DNA of 62,785 nt, the filler included, from Choristocarpus tenellus KU-1152 (lineage: Eukaryota > Protista > Phaeophyceae): the NCBI GenBank assembly GCA_964200185.2. It is 11 parts of 11 records of this genome, joined end to end, with 100 filler letters (N's around TTAATTAATTAA, not from the genome) between each part and the next. Parts side by side here need not be neighbours in the genome. Positions count along the whole stretch, not along the records: positions 46,418 to 53,074 come from CAXNAD020007635.1; positions 53,175 to 59,468 come from CAXNAD020008464.1; positions 59,569 to 62,785 come from CAXNAD020021464.1; 8 more parts are not named here. The stretch is one strand, 5' to 3'. Each line of letters starts with the position of its first letter. Position 1 is the first letter of the stretch. Shown in pieces: positions 49,804-62,765 of this stretch. The notes beneath the pieces were generated by a model. That model made no database searches, was not told the DNA's origin, and saw nothing but the letters and a program-made list of their open reading frames with translations. Made by a program: the position numbers and the translations under genes.

Positions 49804-51171
49804 GGGGTAATCCTACCAGCAGCAGGAGGTATTCGATATGCCCTGACTTGGGTCTTGTACCTTTTCTGTCCTTCTCTGAATAACCCAACCCACTTTGGAC
49901 CTGTCCTACTGAATTTGTTGTTGGTACTGGAACTGGCTAGAGAGTGGTCAAGTATCATTCCTTGCACAAACATATCTGTCCAATATTGTCATATCGTGGA
50001 AACGTTAGTGTGTGCTTTCACTAGATTCTTCGACGAAGAATACACTCCACAACAAAAAAAGTCCAGAAAATACTCGGGACAATATGAAGAGGCTAAACAA
50101 AACCGGAGATCCTTTATCTAGAAATTGTTGTACAAATTGTTTTCAGTAAAAATATTTATCTTTGACGTGGAAGATATACCAATCCATGTTATTCATATTA
50201 CATCTCACATTTTGTCAAGGGAAGGAATAAATGTAAATATACCAACAATGTCGGGAGAATATATGAACAATGAAAAGTTTCCTCCCATACCAATGGGATT
50301 AGAGAGACTTGGGAAACACACTTCACAGATAGAATAGGACTCTACTGTGGTTGCGACTCTTGTCAAATTCCAAAAACAAATAATATATATTATAAAGATC
50401 ATCATCTTCTCATCTACACCTGTACAATACACTCTCTACTCTAATCTGTATGATACATCATAAAGAAAAGATTATATGAATATGAGATAAAATAAATGAA
50501 ATATACTATTCGTAGAGATTTCTTACCTTTTCTCCATACTTTTAAAAACTATTTTGACTATTATGGTGGAATTACTCTAGAAACAAACAAGAAAAATGAT
50601 TATATCGTTACACAGTTGATTGTGTGACAGTTAGTTGGGGTAGACTCCAGTTTTTTCCCTTGATGAATAAAGTCGACATTCTCTAATTCACAAGAAAAAC
50701 AAGTGGTGGGTTGGTAGGATGGAGGTAGTAGTAGTAGTGGAGAAGTTTCTATACTAAAAGTGAGTGAATAACAACAGGAAGAATATCAATATGATATGTG
50801 GAGACCAGGTCTAAGGGACACCTTTGACGTCGCATCTCAGATCGAGGGTCTCACTGACAGTCATTCATGCCTTCTGAATCTGAGAGACATCTCAAGTGAC
50901 AGATCTCAGATAAAGAGTTTCATCGAGGGTATTTCCTTGTTTCCGAGTCATGGGCATTCTCATATCGAAATATTGCCGATAGTCCTCCTCTGATTCACTG
51001 ATGAATCACCATGAACCCTCAGTTCCAGTTCTGAAAATAATATCTATGGAGTCGTTGTCTCTGTATCATGTTCTGTTGCGTGATGATGGACTTGTTGAAT
51101 AGCTTCGCGCAGAAAGAAAGGCTCGTCGTCAGAAGTTCCTGGTCGGCTACATGGTGAACACACTGTTTATT

Positions 51172-51945
51172 AATTATGATTATTATTATGCCCTGTGACT
51201 TACAAATGTGTCAGGGGGAAAACAAATGAAAACTATACATATGTCAGTATAGGCCCTAAATAAAAAATATATCATAAATGGGAAAAACACTATAAATAAT
51301 GTGAAAAACACTAATCAGTTACCCCACCAATTATCAATATTGTACTACTGCCTTCCTCTGCTTCCAATCTAGCTACACCTGCGCCCCGGCGGGAGGAGCT
51401 AGGGAAGCATCCCAAGAATCCAACAAACCCCTCCGTACCCATCTCCCTGGTGACTCTCGCTTAAAACATGACACGTCTAGACAGTGCCCCACTTGTGTAG
51501 TCACCAAGACAATTTGGCGCAGCCGGGATTTGACTAGTCCTTTTCTCCTAAATCCTCCAGCTCCTCTCCCCCCTACCATGTGAGTAGCCAGCTCATCCAG
51601 GAAGCATTCCGCTTGCTTGCCGGGGCACCCAAAACTTTCCACTGCGAAGATGTTGAGGTTATAACTACGAGGATCAAAGGAGCCCTTGTTGTAGTGGGTG
51701 CACTCTTGCGCCTCGGCTGCAGCAGCAGCTACACCATTGCTGGTGGATGAGTGGGTTAGGTGGGAGGTTGCCTGTACCTCTGCGAAGGTGACGTCTAGCA
51801 GAAGACCTTTGTCTCTGTAGGGAGCTGTTCCGGCATCTGCTAGAGTACCCCTACGTGAAACAATTATTCGAGACCTTTTTTCTTACCATCCATTATCTCT
51901 GACGTATGCCCAAAGACTGACTCATCATACCATTATGTACGTTAC
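51172..51945 (-). mobile_element. RLE-type (CRE/R2-group) non-LTR retrotransposon, 5'-truncated copy with endonuclease remnant, 3' UTR, terminal hairpin and (TAA)n tail (copy 3)
   Basis: KGLLLDVTFAEVQA..HL...NGVAAAAAEAQECTHYNKGSFDPRSYNLNIFAVESFGCPGKQAECFLDELA matches the restriction-like endonuclease pattern DVT...AA..E..K..HY...AVESFG. Stop at 51373, a ~200-nt UTR, then CCCCCTGAC...GTCACAGGGC-ATAATAATAA. Confidence 0.8.
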
Positions 51946-53014
51946 TACTCTGTATTGTACCGAACTAAAGATAAACGTACATGAACTGTGTTATATGCTT
52001 GTATCAGCATACACATTTCGAAACATAACGCTAGTTAATGTGAGAGGTCACGTTGAGACCCTTGTGAGTGATTCTTGTTTGAGGTCATATCATGAATGAC
52101 TCTCGTTGGTTAGGTTGTGCTGTAAACGGCTCCAATTCAATCGTAAGACTTCGCCTGGACTTGTTGAATTTCTTTTTTGTTGAGGTTTTTCGGTGCGGAC
52201 CTTGCTCATGCAGGTGCCCACACTGTCTTGAGATGCCTTGACCATCCACCTTGTCCTATCTACTTTTTACCTCTCACCCTTCATCCTCTTCCTGTCCACT
52301 TCAGCACTGTTTCATCAACACAGCCCAGTGACTGTTGTCGCCACCCACAATCAGATATCCGAGTCATCAATATTGGCTACGATGGCAGGATACTGATTGT
52401 TGAGTGTACTGGGTTTCGGGAGGTGAGCCAAAGTAAACGCGAGGTACCCAGGTTTTGGGCGTTTTACATTATAAGCCAGTTTTCATTTTTTTGAAATTAA
52501 CCCATATTTCTGTGGATGAAGTTGCTAAGTTTGATTTGAGGGGACTGATTTCTCTATGTTTGTATTTTTCAACACAATTCGGAAAATAACCAACACGCAT
52601 TTGTAAAAAAATCGCACACAGTTGCTGGCATCCTTAAAAGGTCACCCTGGGTTCCTCTTGTTCATTCTGACTGGGGTGACCATAAGGATGTCTAAACAAA
52701 GAAGTCGACGTCTCTCCTTGTATCACTAACGCCAAATTGATACTTCATCGAATCAACCCGGGCTCCTGAGAACCATCCTAGAAGGTGGAGTGGAGAAATG
52801 CAAACCATTTGACCCTCCAAGTTACACTAGGCAAAGCTCCTAGTTCATCTCCATTACAACAAGGTTTTGCGTTGGAATTCTGTCCGTGGAAATGTTGCTG
52901 AGCCCCTGGATGGAAAGTTCGTCCTTTTGGCAACCTTCCCCCAAACAATGTCAAGTATTCCATAGTCCTACTCAACGGCCCTCACAGTGTGGCTGATAGT
53001 GGAGCAATGGCGTA

Positions 53015-53074
53015 GGCTCAAAGTATCTGGGGGGGGGTGGCGACTGTCCATTTGGGGTCTTTTTTTTCATGTCG
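53015..53074. mobile_element. MITE family A terminal fragment
   Basis: GGCTCAAAGTATCTGGGGGGGGGTGGCGACTGTCCATTTGGGG at the contig end. Confidence 0.85.
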
Positions 53075-53174
53075 NNNNNNNNNNNNNNNNNNNNNNNNNN
53101 NNNNNNNNNNNNNNNNNNTTAATTAATTAANNNNNNNNNNNNNNNNNNNNNNNNNNNNNNNNNNNNNNNNNNNN

Positions 53175-53241
53175 CTGTGGGAAGCCAAGCCCCAAATGGA
53201 CAAACGGGGCAAAAATCGTACCCTCTAAGATACTTTCACTC
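53175..53241. mobile_element. MITE family B terminal fragment
   Basis: GAAGCCAAGCCCCAAATGGACAAAC...CGTACCCTCTAAGATACTTTCACTC. Confidence 0.82.
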
Positions 53242-55862
53242 TTATTCATGGGACCAGTTGCTCAGGTTGTGGTATTTAGGAGGTCAATGTCAAGTGCGAA
53301 CGTGGGTTGTAACGACCTGACAGTGGTTATGTGAACGTGTGCCTGTGTGGGGGCCCATGAATCTCTCTCTGCTTACGTGTTCATCATCTGTACATGTGAA
53401 TATCTGAATCCTTGGCGTACCTTGAACGTACCACGCAGATTGCGATCATTTTCTGTGTTGCTGATGCATGATACACACCTTTTCATGTCGCAGCCTGAAA
53501 TGTGCGAAAAGTTAGATCGTGGTCTTACAGACATTGACAGCTTTGTTTACTTTCAGATGCTTCAATCATATCTTTAACATAGAAATAGACAAGGCGCTGG
53601 ACCAGTTGGTGCCCTTGGCATCTTGTATTCCACTGTAACAGGAGAAAGTTGTGGATCCTAAATCGTTTTCTATAGTTTGTGATTATCTGACTTTTAACAT
53701 TTTCGTTATTGGTTACTAAATATATTATTTCGATACAACACCAAGATTCTATCGAAATCGTTGATTATGTCACCATTAAACTGACACAGGAGGAAAACAT
53801 GTTTATTTTTAGTGATCACATCGTTCAGTACATTGCCCCCAATAATATAAATATACTGAAAATGCGTGATCAGGAAACGCGGGGAGCAACAGTATGAAAC
53901 TAGTTGAGAGAGATGCATCAGGGATTGAGCGACTAGCTAGATGCACGCTGTCTCCCTCTGGAACCATATTTACCACTCATACAGCCCTACAAAAAATATT
54001 TTCTGGATCTCCAAAAATTTTTCACAGGCACAATCTGACACGAATCACCATGTAGTGAATACTGCTTTCTTAGGAAAGATTCACAAGCAACGTATCCTTG
54101 GTCGGCTTGTTGCTTTTTGAAACTATCTACCTGATACTTTGAAGTATGGTATATTTGAAGCCGAGTCAGATATAAATCGTCCAATAAATGACTTATTGAC
54201 TTCACTACTTCCTGCCTGACTGTAGTCACACGATAAGATATATTCTGTGAGACTAGCTGCGCCTTGTAATATCTTTAGAGTTATGTGATGCTGAGTCCAG
54301 ATAGAGAGTGAATTTCTGACACCTTTCTAGAAAGATTTTACGCTTTCCCCCCCATTGTTCAATAGTTCCTGTACAGGTATTGCAGAATAAACATGTTGTA
54401 AGCATTGATCCCCATTGCGGCGGCTAGACAATATGAGCATATTGCATATAAATTCCAGCTTGGGAATGCAGGTTGAACGAGGTGCGCTGTCAAGAGCTCA
54501 CACGTCATTTGCTACTGCAAGAGGCATTCATTTCTGAGTGTTTCCTAACTCCGCGCAGCCCTTTCTGCATTGCGTGTTGGCTCCTCCTGTTGTGATTTAT
54601 GCTCCTCTCTGGATGGCACACGAGTATAATATGAAGGAAGGCAAAGATATTTGATAGAGTAAGTAATAGTTAGGTCTCTGTTCAAAATTACCTCAGAGAT
54701 GCATGTTGGAATGTGTTCCCTACCATAAGTTAGATTATACAGAGTGCCCCCAGTGGGACATATGATACTACTATACAGAAATAGGCCTGCTAAGACAAGG
54801 TAGACACAAGAGAGCAGGACAAACGGCAATTTATGAATTACCAGCACCGTGTGCACCTCAATGGGGCTGTGGTTGCACTGCTCGCTTCTGTAGCATTGAG
54901 TCAAAGTAATTAAGAGGAAGGCAGGGCTGCACCATAATGATCCCGAAAAAGGGCAAAAAGTCGCCATTTGATTCAATTGCAGGAAGAGACATAGCCAAAT
55001 TGTGGTGTCACATTGTGTGTGTGTGGAAAGGGGGAATATCATTTTTTCATGCACTACAATTTTGCACATACAATGCAATGAAATAGAGTGTAGTTGCACA
55101 AGAGAACAATGATAACTGAGAATGCAAAAGGTCCCAAGCCTGCCTACCTCTCAATTTCTTTGTTGCACTTCAAGTTGTTGCAGAACTAGGTAGGTGAGAT
55201 ATTGTCATGAACGGGTAAGGCTGGGCTCAGCATTCTCAGGGGGAGCGTGTGTTAAGCTTTTTTTGTGTAGGTGGGTTTCAAGTGTCCCGCTTTTAGGTAT
55301 ACCCTTGCCTTTATTCTCTAGTAAATGTTAGGGCTAGGGTTAGGGTTAGAGTAATTGCAGTTTTTAATTAAGGTTAGATCCTGTTTTTTTTTTTCTCGAG
55401 CTTCTGAGGGCATTCCATGAATAGCCAAAATTATAATTTATGTTGGACTCACGTGCCAGCAAGTGACCCACCCACAACTGTGGAAAAATGATACTTTCAA
55501 ACTTCTTACTGCAGCACTGGCTATATACCCATGTCTGCCGCCTGCCCAATACTCCATGTCCCCATGACCAAACGATGGATGTACACCAAAGTATGTAATC
55601 ATCCAAATCTGGGTCAAGGGCACACTTCCAACTTCAGAGTACTTAGAGCGCTTAAAACATCATACTTGTGTGCACTTCAAGGACAGTAGGAGTTACGATA
55701 CGAAATCGTACTACAATGGAAGAAGATAATCAAGATCTTAAAAAAATAAAAATAAAAATCATTTGGATATTTTTCGAGTTAGACAGCATAAAAAAGTGTG
55801 GTTGGAAATATGGGGGGGTAAGATCTCACAAAGATGGTCTTGAGGTCCTACCTCTACATGAA

Positions 55863-56039
55863 GCCTCAAAGCATCTGAGGGCGGGTGGTGGTTGTCCATT
55901 CGGGGCCCAATTTTCCATGTTGCGAATTTTTGGGTGATTTGGTTGCATGCGTTGGATAGATAATGTATGTACACTTTTCCTGGTCAGGGCCTGAATGGAC
56001 ACCCTGGTGTATACCCCCCCCCCCCAGATACTTTGAGCC
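55863..56039. mobile_element. MITE family A, complete 177-bp copy
   Basis: GCCTCAAAGCATCTGAGGG...CCCCCCAGATACTTTGAGCC. Flanks TGAA/TGGA give a 4-bp TSD with one mismatch. Confidence 0.88.
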
Positions 56040-56650
56040 TGGAATCAAAGATATGTGCCATTTGAGGGCTAATTTGGAGAATGTTTTTTTCGGTCCCCCA
56101 AAAGTAGACTGGAGGCTTTTAGTAACAATATAAAATGTTATGCATGTCATTCATCCCATGAAATTTGTATAGAATGAAAGCTGATGTGTTTACGCATTGA
56201 TCAAGCTACAGCAGTACCACCTTCGGCTTGCAAAGAAGGCTCCAGAAATATCTTTTGGACGCCAAAGGTTGAGCACTTTGATGTAGGTGTTAAGTGTTAC
56301 ACCGACCAGAAGCTCAAGTCTCAAGCTTTCACCCAATCTTGTCGTCACAAATAAACGCCATATATAGAACGAGGTATTTGCAATCTGAGCCGACCAATCG
56401 AATGAGAGTTCGCGAAAAACGAAATAAATAAAATGCTGAGTATGAGATATAATCATCTTGATTATTACTTCCCTCAGCAACAACAACATGGGTAAGAGGG
56501 TTGGAGAACACTTTGTGCGTCCAGGGGAAGGGTGGTATTTTGGCCTTACGCTAATCAGTCGGATATGCTGACCTCATCATTTTCACCACGGCAACCACCC
56601 TTCCCACGGATTACGCATTGGGCTCTTGCACCGATCTCATTATGTGTACA

Positions 56651-58400
56651 TCAACATATTTTCAAACCTTTTTCATGCTCACCCTTATTTGATGACGATG
56701 GTGAGTTAAACGACGGGGTGATCCTTTGCTCCCCTATTCGTGTACACCACTTTGGCATCTTGAACCGTTCTGCCCACCTATACGTAGAATGTAGAAGGAC
56801 AATCGAAAGGACTGGGGTGAAAAGAGGTTCATGGCACAGCGTGAGCATAAAAAAACAGCGACAGCTATACCGCAAAAAAAAATGATGGAGTTAGGTCACA
56901 TTGGCAAATCAGTAGTAGCATTGCACCTTTCGACTTCTTTGCAAAATTAACTATGATAATAAATACCTTCATAACGATCAAGGGATTGTGGCTGAAAGCG
57001 TTTATGAGGGTGAGGGTTTTTTCCCTGTTTGTCTGTTCATGTTTGGGTTTTTTTCTCTTTTTTACGACTATGAAAGGTGTGTCCCGGAACAAGGATATCG
57101 ATGCTTGCTAACAAACACGATAACTAAAATTTCGTTAAAATCGCAACATTGGGTTTATGATGCCGAACGGAGGTAACCCTACCCTCTTGAATGTTTTGAC
57201 TCTCTCCGTGGGGTCCTTCGCTACCATTGGAAAAGGAAAACGGTCAGAGCACTCTTACGTGCCCACCACTACCAGCCTCTCTCAAGACACTGATTGCGTA
57301 CACACCAGTGAGGGCCTTCCCTTGCCGACAGCTCTTGGCCGATGATGTTTCGTTTCGGACAGAAGATTGCTGCCCAGACAATGACATAGTACGAGAGAAG
57401 CAGGGGAGTGGACACGCTGACTACTACTGTCGCCCAGAACCATAAGCTCCCCCCCATGGCCTGCATGGTTCCCACTATTTGTGGCATATGTGCCGATACA
57501 AGGGGCCTGCAATAGGTGGGACAGCTAGCAAGAGTAAATGCATAGATATTTTCTTTTTTATATTTTTTGTAACTGGGTATGCATGTATCAAGAGGACATT
57601 GATCAAATATCGTGCGCAGCTATGTATCAAGAGGGAAATATCAAAAGCCTAGAGATCAACATGAGACGAGGTCTTGGCCTGTCTAAAAGGAACAAGTCAA
57701 CCCTTATCCGTCACTGGTGGAGACCGGTGAGAGAGAACAGGGTTCAATTCAATACCTCAAATACCGTCTCTACTAGCACAAACCCAAAGCAATAAAATGG
57801 ATAACAACTGTGTGAAAGAAACGGTATTGTACTCAATTACCAACAAACAGACTCGGTCAGTGCTGAGGCTCTTGTCACACACACAAAAGGCACACCATGT
57901 ACCAGAAAACACACACACACACACACACACACTCATGAGGTGGAAGAATACAGGGATGGGGGGGGGAATTGCAATAGCTTGCACAAAAAAGGGGGCGCTC
58001 ATGCAATGACTGAGCTCTATATTGAGCAAGGAGAAGCTGCACTGCCCAACCTACTTGTGAAGTGATAAATAGAGAAGGAAGAACAGGACGGGTTTTTGCA
58101 GAGCTCTAATTAGTTGTCGGCATTGGACCCTGCACCCTCTCTCACACTTCAGCGAAGAGGGCCCAGAAGAGAAAAAACACCACCAGTGAGATGCAGTATA
58201 TGCCCACCACCGGCCAAGTCCACAGCTTTTCTTCCATTGCCAAACGTCCCAGTGCCACAAATACCACACAGAAGTTGACAATAAGGCCGTAGCCCCACAG
58301 TCCCACACTCTTCCCCCCGGAGAGTACAGCTCCTTTGCCAAGTGCCGCCATAGGAAGGAGGGTCACCACTATAGCGTGCACGGCTCCCTCACCCATCCAT
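56651..58400 (-). CDS. P4-type ATPase (phospholipid flippase), C-terminal membrane region, 3' partial gene
   Basis: Exon 58400-58146: WMGEGAVHAIV...GKSVGLWGYG...CVVFVALGRLAMEEKLWTW. Exon 57506-57306: GTMQAMGGSLWFWATVV...P...IFCPKRNIIGQE. A putative last exon lies at 56777-56651 (less certain). The pattern matches the PhoLip_ATPase_C region. Confidence 0.78.
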
Positions 58401-59568
58401 CTTAGGTGAGGGGAGAGAGGTTTGGGGTGATTGAATGGGAGAGAGAGAGAGTATGCGGTAATCTCAAGAACCTAATTGGAAACTGAGTATGCAAATGACT
58501 ATGATATGTTACAAATAATACACTCCTATAATAGAGTATGAGCCTGAAATGCAGAGCGTGTGCATGGACTATACACAGGGGTATTAGTTTGGGATACCGT
58601 GACATCCCGATTCCTCTAAAAAAAAGGAACTTTAGAGGCTGTGCAGGTCAGGCACTGAGACCCAAAAAATTCAAAGAGGTACATACAGATTTGAAAAGAT
58701 AAAACATCTCGTATACTCAAGGGGAACTTGGACAGGAGGGAATTGGGAATTCCAAGCAAACATAGTAACAGATTCCGGTCCATAGACCATATGTATGGTA
58801 TGTCGATTTCTAGGGGATTAGATAGTTAGAATAAGCCCACAATACCATACGTTTCCGGGGTATACTTGGAGGAGAGAACTAGGGAAGTATAAGGAAAGTT
58901 CTATAGTAGTACGGAAGACCCTTAATGTGTCAACTGATACATGCTGCTAGTCATCTAGTTTATGTGGGAAGATCCCCCCCCAAAAAAAACGACGAGAAAA
59001 AGTTGAGCGTTTGGGTGTACAACATCTCGCCAAGGGTCTAGCCACACTACGGGGCGTTGTTAGTCCACCTTACACAATGTTGCTGGCATATAGGCTCCTG
59101 CACTCTACAAGAAGTACTATGAATATATGGAGGCGTGGATCACAGCACATGCGAGAAATATCCACATCTAGCCCACCTAAAGGGAAGTCGATTAGGGAAG
59201 ACTACACTATGAGCTTCGGTTAGACCGGCCAAAATACGTATGAAGTCTCCATGCCTCCGCCCTCCCTAAAACATACCTCCAAAATATGTTCCGGTTGAGA
59301 AAATTTCCCTCTATCCCATCCCTGTACAGCACTGGAAACTTCAGTGCAACCTTAGTGGTGAGATCCTGGCATCGGAAGGATGGATAGCATTTGATGACAT
59401 CACAAGGTCACATTGCCTATAAATATCAATAGATATCTGACATGTGACCCAAAGTATCTGGGAGGGGGNNNNNNNNNNNNNNNNNNNNNNNNNNNNNNNN
59501 NNNNNNNNNNNNTTAATTAATTAANNNNNNNNNNNNNNNNNNNNNNNNNNNNNNNNNNNNNNNNNNNN

Positions 59569-59719
59569 CTGTCCAGTTGGGGTCAATTTTTTCATGTCGT
59601 GATTTTTGGGTGATTTGGTTGCATACGTCGGATGGTTACTGCAAATGCACTTTTCCTGAGTTCGACCCAAATGGACACCCTTGTGTAGACCCCCCCCCTC
59701 CTCCCAGATATTTTGGCTC
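59569..59719. mobile_element. MITE family A, truncated by contig start (another TIR at 59446-59468)
   Basis: The interior matches 62395-62570 and ends CCCAGATATTTTGGCTC. Confidence 0.85.
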
Positions 59720-59725
59720 TGAGTC

Positions 59726-61316
59726 ATGGCTTATGAGGATGCCATTACGGGCATAGGCTTCGAGTTGAATGCTGTGGTGTCATGGGTACTCAGGAGACTG
59801 AAGAATACGTGTGGTTCAAAGATGACGGCCGCTCATTTGAAGTTGTACCAAGCCGTTCCCATCGCCTATGCGGCGAGTTACGCGAAGGAATGCGGAAGCA
59901 CCTTTTCACGGAATGCGAGGCATGCCATGGCAACGCAAGCATACATGGATGTGATGGTCCCTGGATTCTTGAAGTGGTTAGGAGAGGAAGCCCCAGACTT
60001 GACCCCCCCGACTCTTACGAAGGAAGGATTGTGGCAGAAAACCTTTGGAATTGGGAAGAAGACTATTCCGAAGACATTCCTAAGTGCAAACACTTCGATA
60101 TGGTCCAGGTGGACTAAGGCGCAAAATATTGTCACCAACGTATACATCCCCCTCTGGCTGACATGAGTATGACGGTAGATGTTGCTTGAGCTCCTACTGT
60201 ATTGCATTTCACTTTCATAGGTTACACAACTAAATCCATACTCACAACACTGAATGGGGGATATCTTAACATAAATACCCACAATATTTTTCTTGCTTCC
60301 CAGTCTTGTTCCCGGAGGAAGTTGCGGTCTAGGGAACAGGAGACACGGACTGCCTGCAGAAGCTATGCGATCGGCTGTGGGAGGAACAGGAGAAATGGAG
60401 GATTACTGGGAGTACCATCGACCTTGTTGGGGGGGGGGAGGACGAAGGCGAATCTCCAGCGGCAGCTGAGGTTAAAGTGGTGGGGTCTGAGTCAGGAAGC
60501 CCCACCTCCAGTCCAGCCAGCGCCACCCCAGAAAGGTCCAGCCAGGAACTACCCTCTCCTGGATCAGAGGGGAGACCTTTGCCCCAGATTTCCCCTGTTC
60601 CCCCCCCACCAAAAAAAATGCCAGATCGTTGGGCCCTTCCATATCTTCTCCTGTTTGCAGTATATGGGCCTCCGTCCAATGATGTGCTCCAAGACTTTGA
60701 CATGAGTGTGAGTGAGGGACCCCCACAAAACGGGTTCACCTCCTCATGTGACTTAAGCAAGGATGGGGGGTCGGTGGGATCCTCTTCAATGGAGGGTGTG
60801 GAGGCAATGAGGAGGTCTGGGCTAGCAACAAACCCAGGTGTCGAGGAGCCGACAGCAGTTACGGAGGGCTGCTGAGGAGGACTTGAGGTTGGAAGCGGAG
60901 TCAAGGAAAAAAGTAGGATGGATGACCACATTATTGGTACCCTGATATCTACATTGGATGACGCGACCGGAGACATGAGGAGGCAGGTAGACATAATGGC
61001 AGAAAGGGCTGCTGCTAGGGCAGATAGGTACAATATTTACGGAATGATCAAGACTGCTAAGCAAGCTTGGAGGACTTTTCAGAAGAGGGGTGATACTGTT
61101 CAGGCAGAGTTCTGTCGGAAACGATATCAGCAACTGGTGGCAGTGTGGCTGGGCCAGAATATCGGTGGTGCTGGGATTATGTTGGGAAGTGGTGGGACAG
61201 TGATGACGGGGGGCTTGGGGGATTTGAAGCCAGACAGTGGCGAAGGGGGGGTTGGCTTGGGGGCTTTGGGAACAGGCAGCAGTGATGGGGGGATAGACTT
61301 AGGGAATCAGTTATGA
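59726..61316 (+). pseudogene. Decayed accessory ORF of a Harbinger/PIF-like transposon (putative DNA-binding partner gene)
   Basis: Coding-like blocks at 59726-60163 and 60304-61316, separated by an intron-like segment ending TTCCCAG at 60303 whose donor looks degenerate. A frameshift near 60330 and an in-frame TGA at 60873. It converges on the transposase, the two-gene Harbinger layout. No Myb/SANT motif was confirmed. Confidence 0.5.
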
Positions 61317-61872
61317 CAACACAGCTATCATTTTGTGCTCAGTAGTCTTTGACAGCGGTGCCGTGCACGTAGGTGTACCATCACACTGGACGGCATTGGC
61401 AAATCTTTGTTTAGATTTAAAGTAGTTCTTTACTTAATGGAAATTATTTTGTGTCAGATCCTCTTATCTTGAGCTTCTGATGTACTAATTAAACAAAGCT
61501 GTCAACCATGACCTTGTATCAGGACCTTGAGCAATGCTTAAGCATCGATGATGATCCCAGCACTTTCAGAAGGTTGGTTACGGTATAATATTATCCACTG
61601 CTCAGAATGAAGTGATCTGCTCTTGTCCATGAGGACAATCTTTACCTAACTACATTTTCAGCAACCAGTGGCAATTACTTCTTCCTTTTGACGTTGACTC
61701 TCAACCACTCTCTATATAGTACTGACAAATGACTCTTTATCCTGCATCACTTCTTCCTACCTCTTCTTTTATGTACTTCACAAAAGTGCAATACCAATTG
61801 TACCGTTCACTACAACAAATAGTGTCAATAGCGCAAAACGCAAACCACTGTTTGACAAGCAAGATTCCATTA

Positions 61873-62765
61873 TCAGGACCTCACCCAAACAACCTCTCCG
61901 TTTTCTTCCTTGTACTTGTAGTGTGTTATGAGCTTCTTCGTAAGTTAATCAAATCTCACCTCCCTCTCCACATACTCTTCAAATCCCCCTCCCCCCTGGT
62001 CCCTTGGCATGCCCATCCGCGTGAAATCAATGTAAGGGTCACTGTAGAAGGCATCATGCAGACCAGCATCTCCTGTCCACTCAGTGTTGCCCTCCAACTC
62101 TCCAAGATCATCATATGAATGAAGCATGTTTTGCTATATGCAACAAGTGAAGAGTATGTTATCTATCTTCTTTCTGTGCGAATATAGTAGTGGCAGCTTG
62201 AGGATTCTGAAGCAGCCCTTGACTCTGCCAAAAGAGCACTTGACATCCTTGCATACACTCTCCACTCGTCTGCTCCACCTTGCTTGTGCCTGTGTGACAG
62301 ATGCCCTCAGGGGGCATATTGTGCACCTCCTCTTCAAATGCAAAGATATGGTTGGGTAAAGGAATGTTGACTTGCTAGTTTGATGACCACATATGGCTCA
62401 AAGTATTTGGTGGGGGGTGGCAGCTGCCCGTTTGGGGTCAATTCTTTCATGTGTCGATTTTTGGGTGATTCGGTTGCGTACATCGGATGGATAATGTAAA
62501 TGCATTTTTCCTGATTTTACCCAAATCGACACCCTGGTGTATACCCCCTCCCCCCCAGATACTTTTGGCCTCATTTTCACAGGAGCTAACCCTAACATAG
62601 GCATGGCCGTACAGTCACGTTTTCCCTGTCACGTTGTGGTAGCCCCCATCGACAAGGACAGAGGCCCCTTTCTCGGTGTAACAGTTCCTGACGGAGTCCT
62701 TGAAATCGTACTCCAGCTGTCAGTATGTGGGGTCATTCCTAAGTTTCTGGATAGCACCGTCATAC
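61873..62765 (-). pseudogene. Harbinger/PIF (DDE_Tnp_4 / Plant_tran-like) transposase pseudogene, C-terminal half, intron-containing
   Basis: Exon 62765-62633 ends ...VLVDGGYHN, with a stop at 62720-62722. Intron 62632-62332. Exon 62331-61873 reads RWSRRVESVCKDVKCSFGRVKGCFRILK...NILFTCCI*QNML...LITHY...EVVW, with stops at 62134 and 61945. Confidence 0.85.
62395..62570. mobile_element. MITE family A, complete 176-bp copy nested in the transposase intron (another TIR interrupts the exon at 62766-62785)
   Basis: GGCTCAAAGTATTTGGTGGGGGG...CCCCCCAGATACTTTTGGCC. The TSD is not cleanly preserved (ATAT/TCAT). Confidence 0.88.

Noticed and set aside
53500-55100. Possible decayed ORF or transposon remnant
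   Set aside because: No identifiable domain in the frames I translated.
3401-59568. Regularly recurring TTAATTAATTAA motif, and the idea that the genes form a functional cluster
   Set aside because: The motif is an assembly linker inside N runs. The contigs are unrelated, so no synteny can be inferred across them.
59446-59719. MITE halves on either side of a spacer read as one element
   Set aside because: The flanks (ATGT vs TGAG) do not form a TSD and the halves lie on separate contigs.
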